This document shows, piece after piece, positions 62,412-64,000 of a stretch of 64,000 bases of DNA (the first letter of the stretch is position 1; each line of letters starts with the position of its first letter). Both the position numbers and the translations under genes were made by a program. The stretch comes from Mobula hypostoma (lineage: Eukaryota): assembly GCF_963921235.1 (NCBI RefSeq), contig NC_086097.1, positions 168,580,001 to 168,644,000 of the forward strand. The letters are read 5' to 3'. The notes below the pieces were generated by a model. That model saw nothing but the letters and a program-made list of their open reading frames with translations, did not search any database and was not told the origin of the DNA.

Positions 62412-62983
62412 AGCAACACACATCAAAGTTGCTGGTGAACGCAGCAGGCCAGGCAGCAACTCTAGGAAGAGGTACAGTCGACGTTTCAGGCCGAGACCCT
62501 TCGTCAGGACTAACTGAAGGAAGAGTTAGTAAGAGATTTGAAAGTGGGAGGGGGAGGGGGAGATCTGAAATGATAGGAGAAGACAGGAGGGGGAGGGATG
62601 GAGCCAAGAGCTGGACAGGTGATTGGCAAAAGGGATATGAGAGGATCATGGGACAGGAGGCCCAGGGAGAAGGAAAGGGGGGAGGGGGGAAAACCCAGAG
62701 GATGGGCAAGGGGTATAGTCAGAAGGACAGAGGGAGAAAAAGGAGAGAGAAAGAATGTGTATATATAAATAAATAACAGATGGGGTACGGGGGGAGGTAG
62801 GGCATTAGCGGAAGTTAGAGGCGTCAGTGTTCATGCCATCAGGTTGGAGGCTACCCAGATGGAATATAAGGTGTTGTTCCTCCAACCTGAGTGTGGCTTC
62901 ATCTTTACAGTAGAGGAGGCTGTGGATAGACATGTCAGAATGGGAATGGGATGTGGAATTGACATATCAGAATGGGAATGGGA
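62412..62983 (-). mobile_element. 5'-truncated Penelope-like element (GIY-YIG endonuclease C-terminus, 3' region and hammerhead) nested in a CR1
   Basis: 62960-62805 translates to NSTSHSHSDMSIHSLLYCKDEATLRLEEQHLIFHLGSLQPDGMNTDASNFR*, resembling a PLE GIY-YIG C-terminus. TSD attca(a/g)ataata at 62400-62411 and 62984-62995. Confidence 0.85.
62475..62512 (-). ncRNA. Minimal type-I hammerhead ribozyme in a Penelope-like element
   Basis: Minus strand reads UAGUC-CUGACGA-AGGGUCUCGGCCU-GAAA-CGUC^GACUG. Core boxes CUGANGA and GAAA, a GUC triplet, stem I UAGUC/GACUG, a stem II hairpin, and palindromic ACGU in place of stem III. Confidence 0.8.
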
Positions 62984-64000
62984 ATTCAGATAATAATCTG
63001 TTTTCCTGTTCTTGCCACCGAAGTGGATAACCTCACATTTATCCACATTAAGTTGCATCTGCCATGAATTTGCCCACTCACCTAACCTATCCAAGTCACC
63101 CTGAATCCTCTTAGCACCCTCCTCACAGCTAACACTGCCGCCCAGCTTCGTGTCATCCGCAAACTTGGAGATGCTGCATTTAATTCCCTCATCCAAGTCA
63201 TTAATATATATTGTAAACAACTGGGGTCCCAGCACCGAGCCTTGCGGTACCCCACTAGACACTGCCTGCCATTCTGAAAAGGTCCCGTTTATTCCCACTC
63301 TTTGTTTCCTGTCTGCCAACCAATTCTCTATCCACATCAATACCATACCCCCAGTACCATGTGTTTTAAGTTTGCACACTAATCTCCTGTGTGGGACCTT
63401 GTCAAAAGCCTTTTGAAAATCCAAATATACCACATCCACTGGTTCTCCCCATCCACTCTACTCGTTACATCCTCAAAAGATTCTATGAGATTCATCAGAC
63501 ATGATTTTCCTTTCACAAATCCATGCTGACTTTGTCTGATGATTTCACCGCTTTCCAAATGTGCTGTTATCACATCTTTGATAACTGACTCTAGCATTTT
63601 CCCCACCACCAATGTTAGGCTAACTGGTCTATAATTCCCTGGTTTCTCTCTCCCTCCTTTTTTAAAAAGCAGGGTTACATTAGCCACCCTCCAATCCTCA
63701 GGAACTAATCCAGAATCTAAATAGTTTTGAAAAATTATCACTAATGCATCCACTATTTCTTGGGCTACTTCCTTAAGCACTCTGGGATGCAGACCATCTG
63801 GCCCTGGGGATTTGTCTGCCTTTAATCCCTTCAATTTACCTAACACCACTTCCCTACTAACATGTATTTCCCTCAGTTCCTCCATCTCAATAGACCCTCG
63901 GTCCCCTACTATTTCCGGAAGATTATTTATTCAATGCAGTACTTGAAAGAGCTCTGGAATTGATCTCAATTCTCTGGCCTTTCCATTCTCAAAAGAATTG

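Larger units (their letters stand above)
61656..63930 (-). mobile_element. CR1-clade LINE, 5'-truncated, RT frameshifted and interrupted by a Penelope insertion
   Basis: ORF pieces KSPGPDG, NYRPVSL, YLDFQKAFDKVPH, GVPQGSVLGP, FADDTK, RPHLEYCV-like and FFTQRVVNLWNSLP. 3' tail appears as catagaaacatagaaa. Confidence 0.95.

Noticed and set aside
62831..63439. Apparent RT fused to a novel C-terminus
   Set aside because: Read-through from the CR1 RT into the nested Penelope insertion, mostly out of frame. It is an insertion artefact.
1..64000. CRISPR arrays, prokaryotic operons or defence systems
   Set aside because: No regularly spaced repeats or dense ORFs. The sequence is vertebrate intron with spliceosomal exons.

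Overview
Eukaryotic genomic DNA, by inference from a cartilaginous fish (probably a ray), judged from the repeat landscape: CR1, Rex1/Babar, Penelope-like elements and V-SINE cores. The only host gene is a minus-strand Spire-family actin nucleator (SPIRE1-like). It has four clean phase-0 GT-AG coding exons at 39898-39668, 19045-18920, 9923-9840 and 5769-5605. These encode the C-terminal KIND domain, the KIND-WH2 linker, WH2-A and WH2-B. A candidate 12-nt microexon lies at 52779-52768. The first exon and the downstream exons fall outside the window. The rest is intron, densely filled with nested transposon relics. The most notable non-coding signal is a family of Penelope-derived minimal type-I hammerhead ribozymes. 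Two identical intact copies (36131-36168 and 62475-62512) are in the sense orientation of the Spire pre-mRNA, and there are many decayed copies. TSD-flanked mini and fold-back insertions also occur, and one has its junction at the predicted self-cleavage site. All calls were made by eye, with no database searches, and repeat boundaries without a TSD or TIR are approximate.
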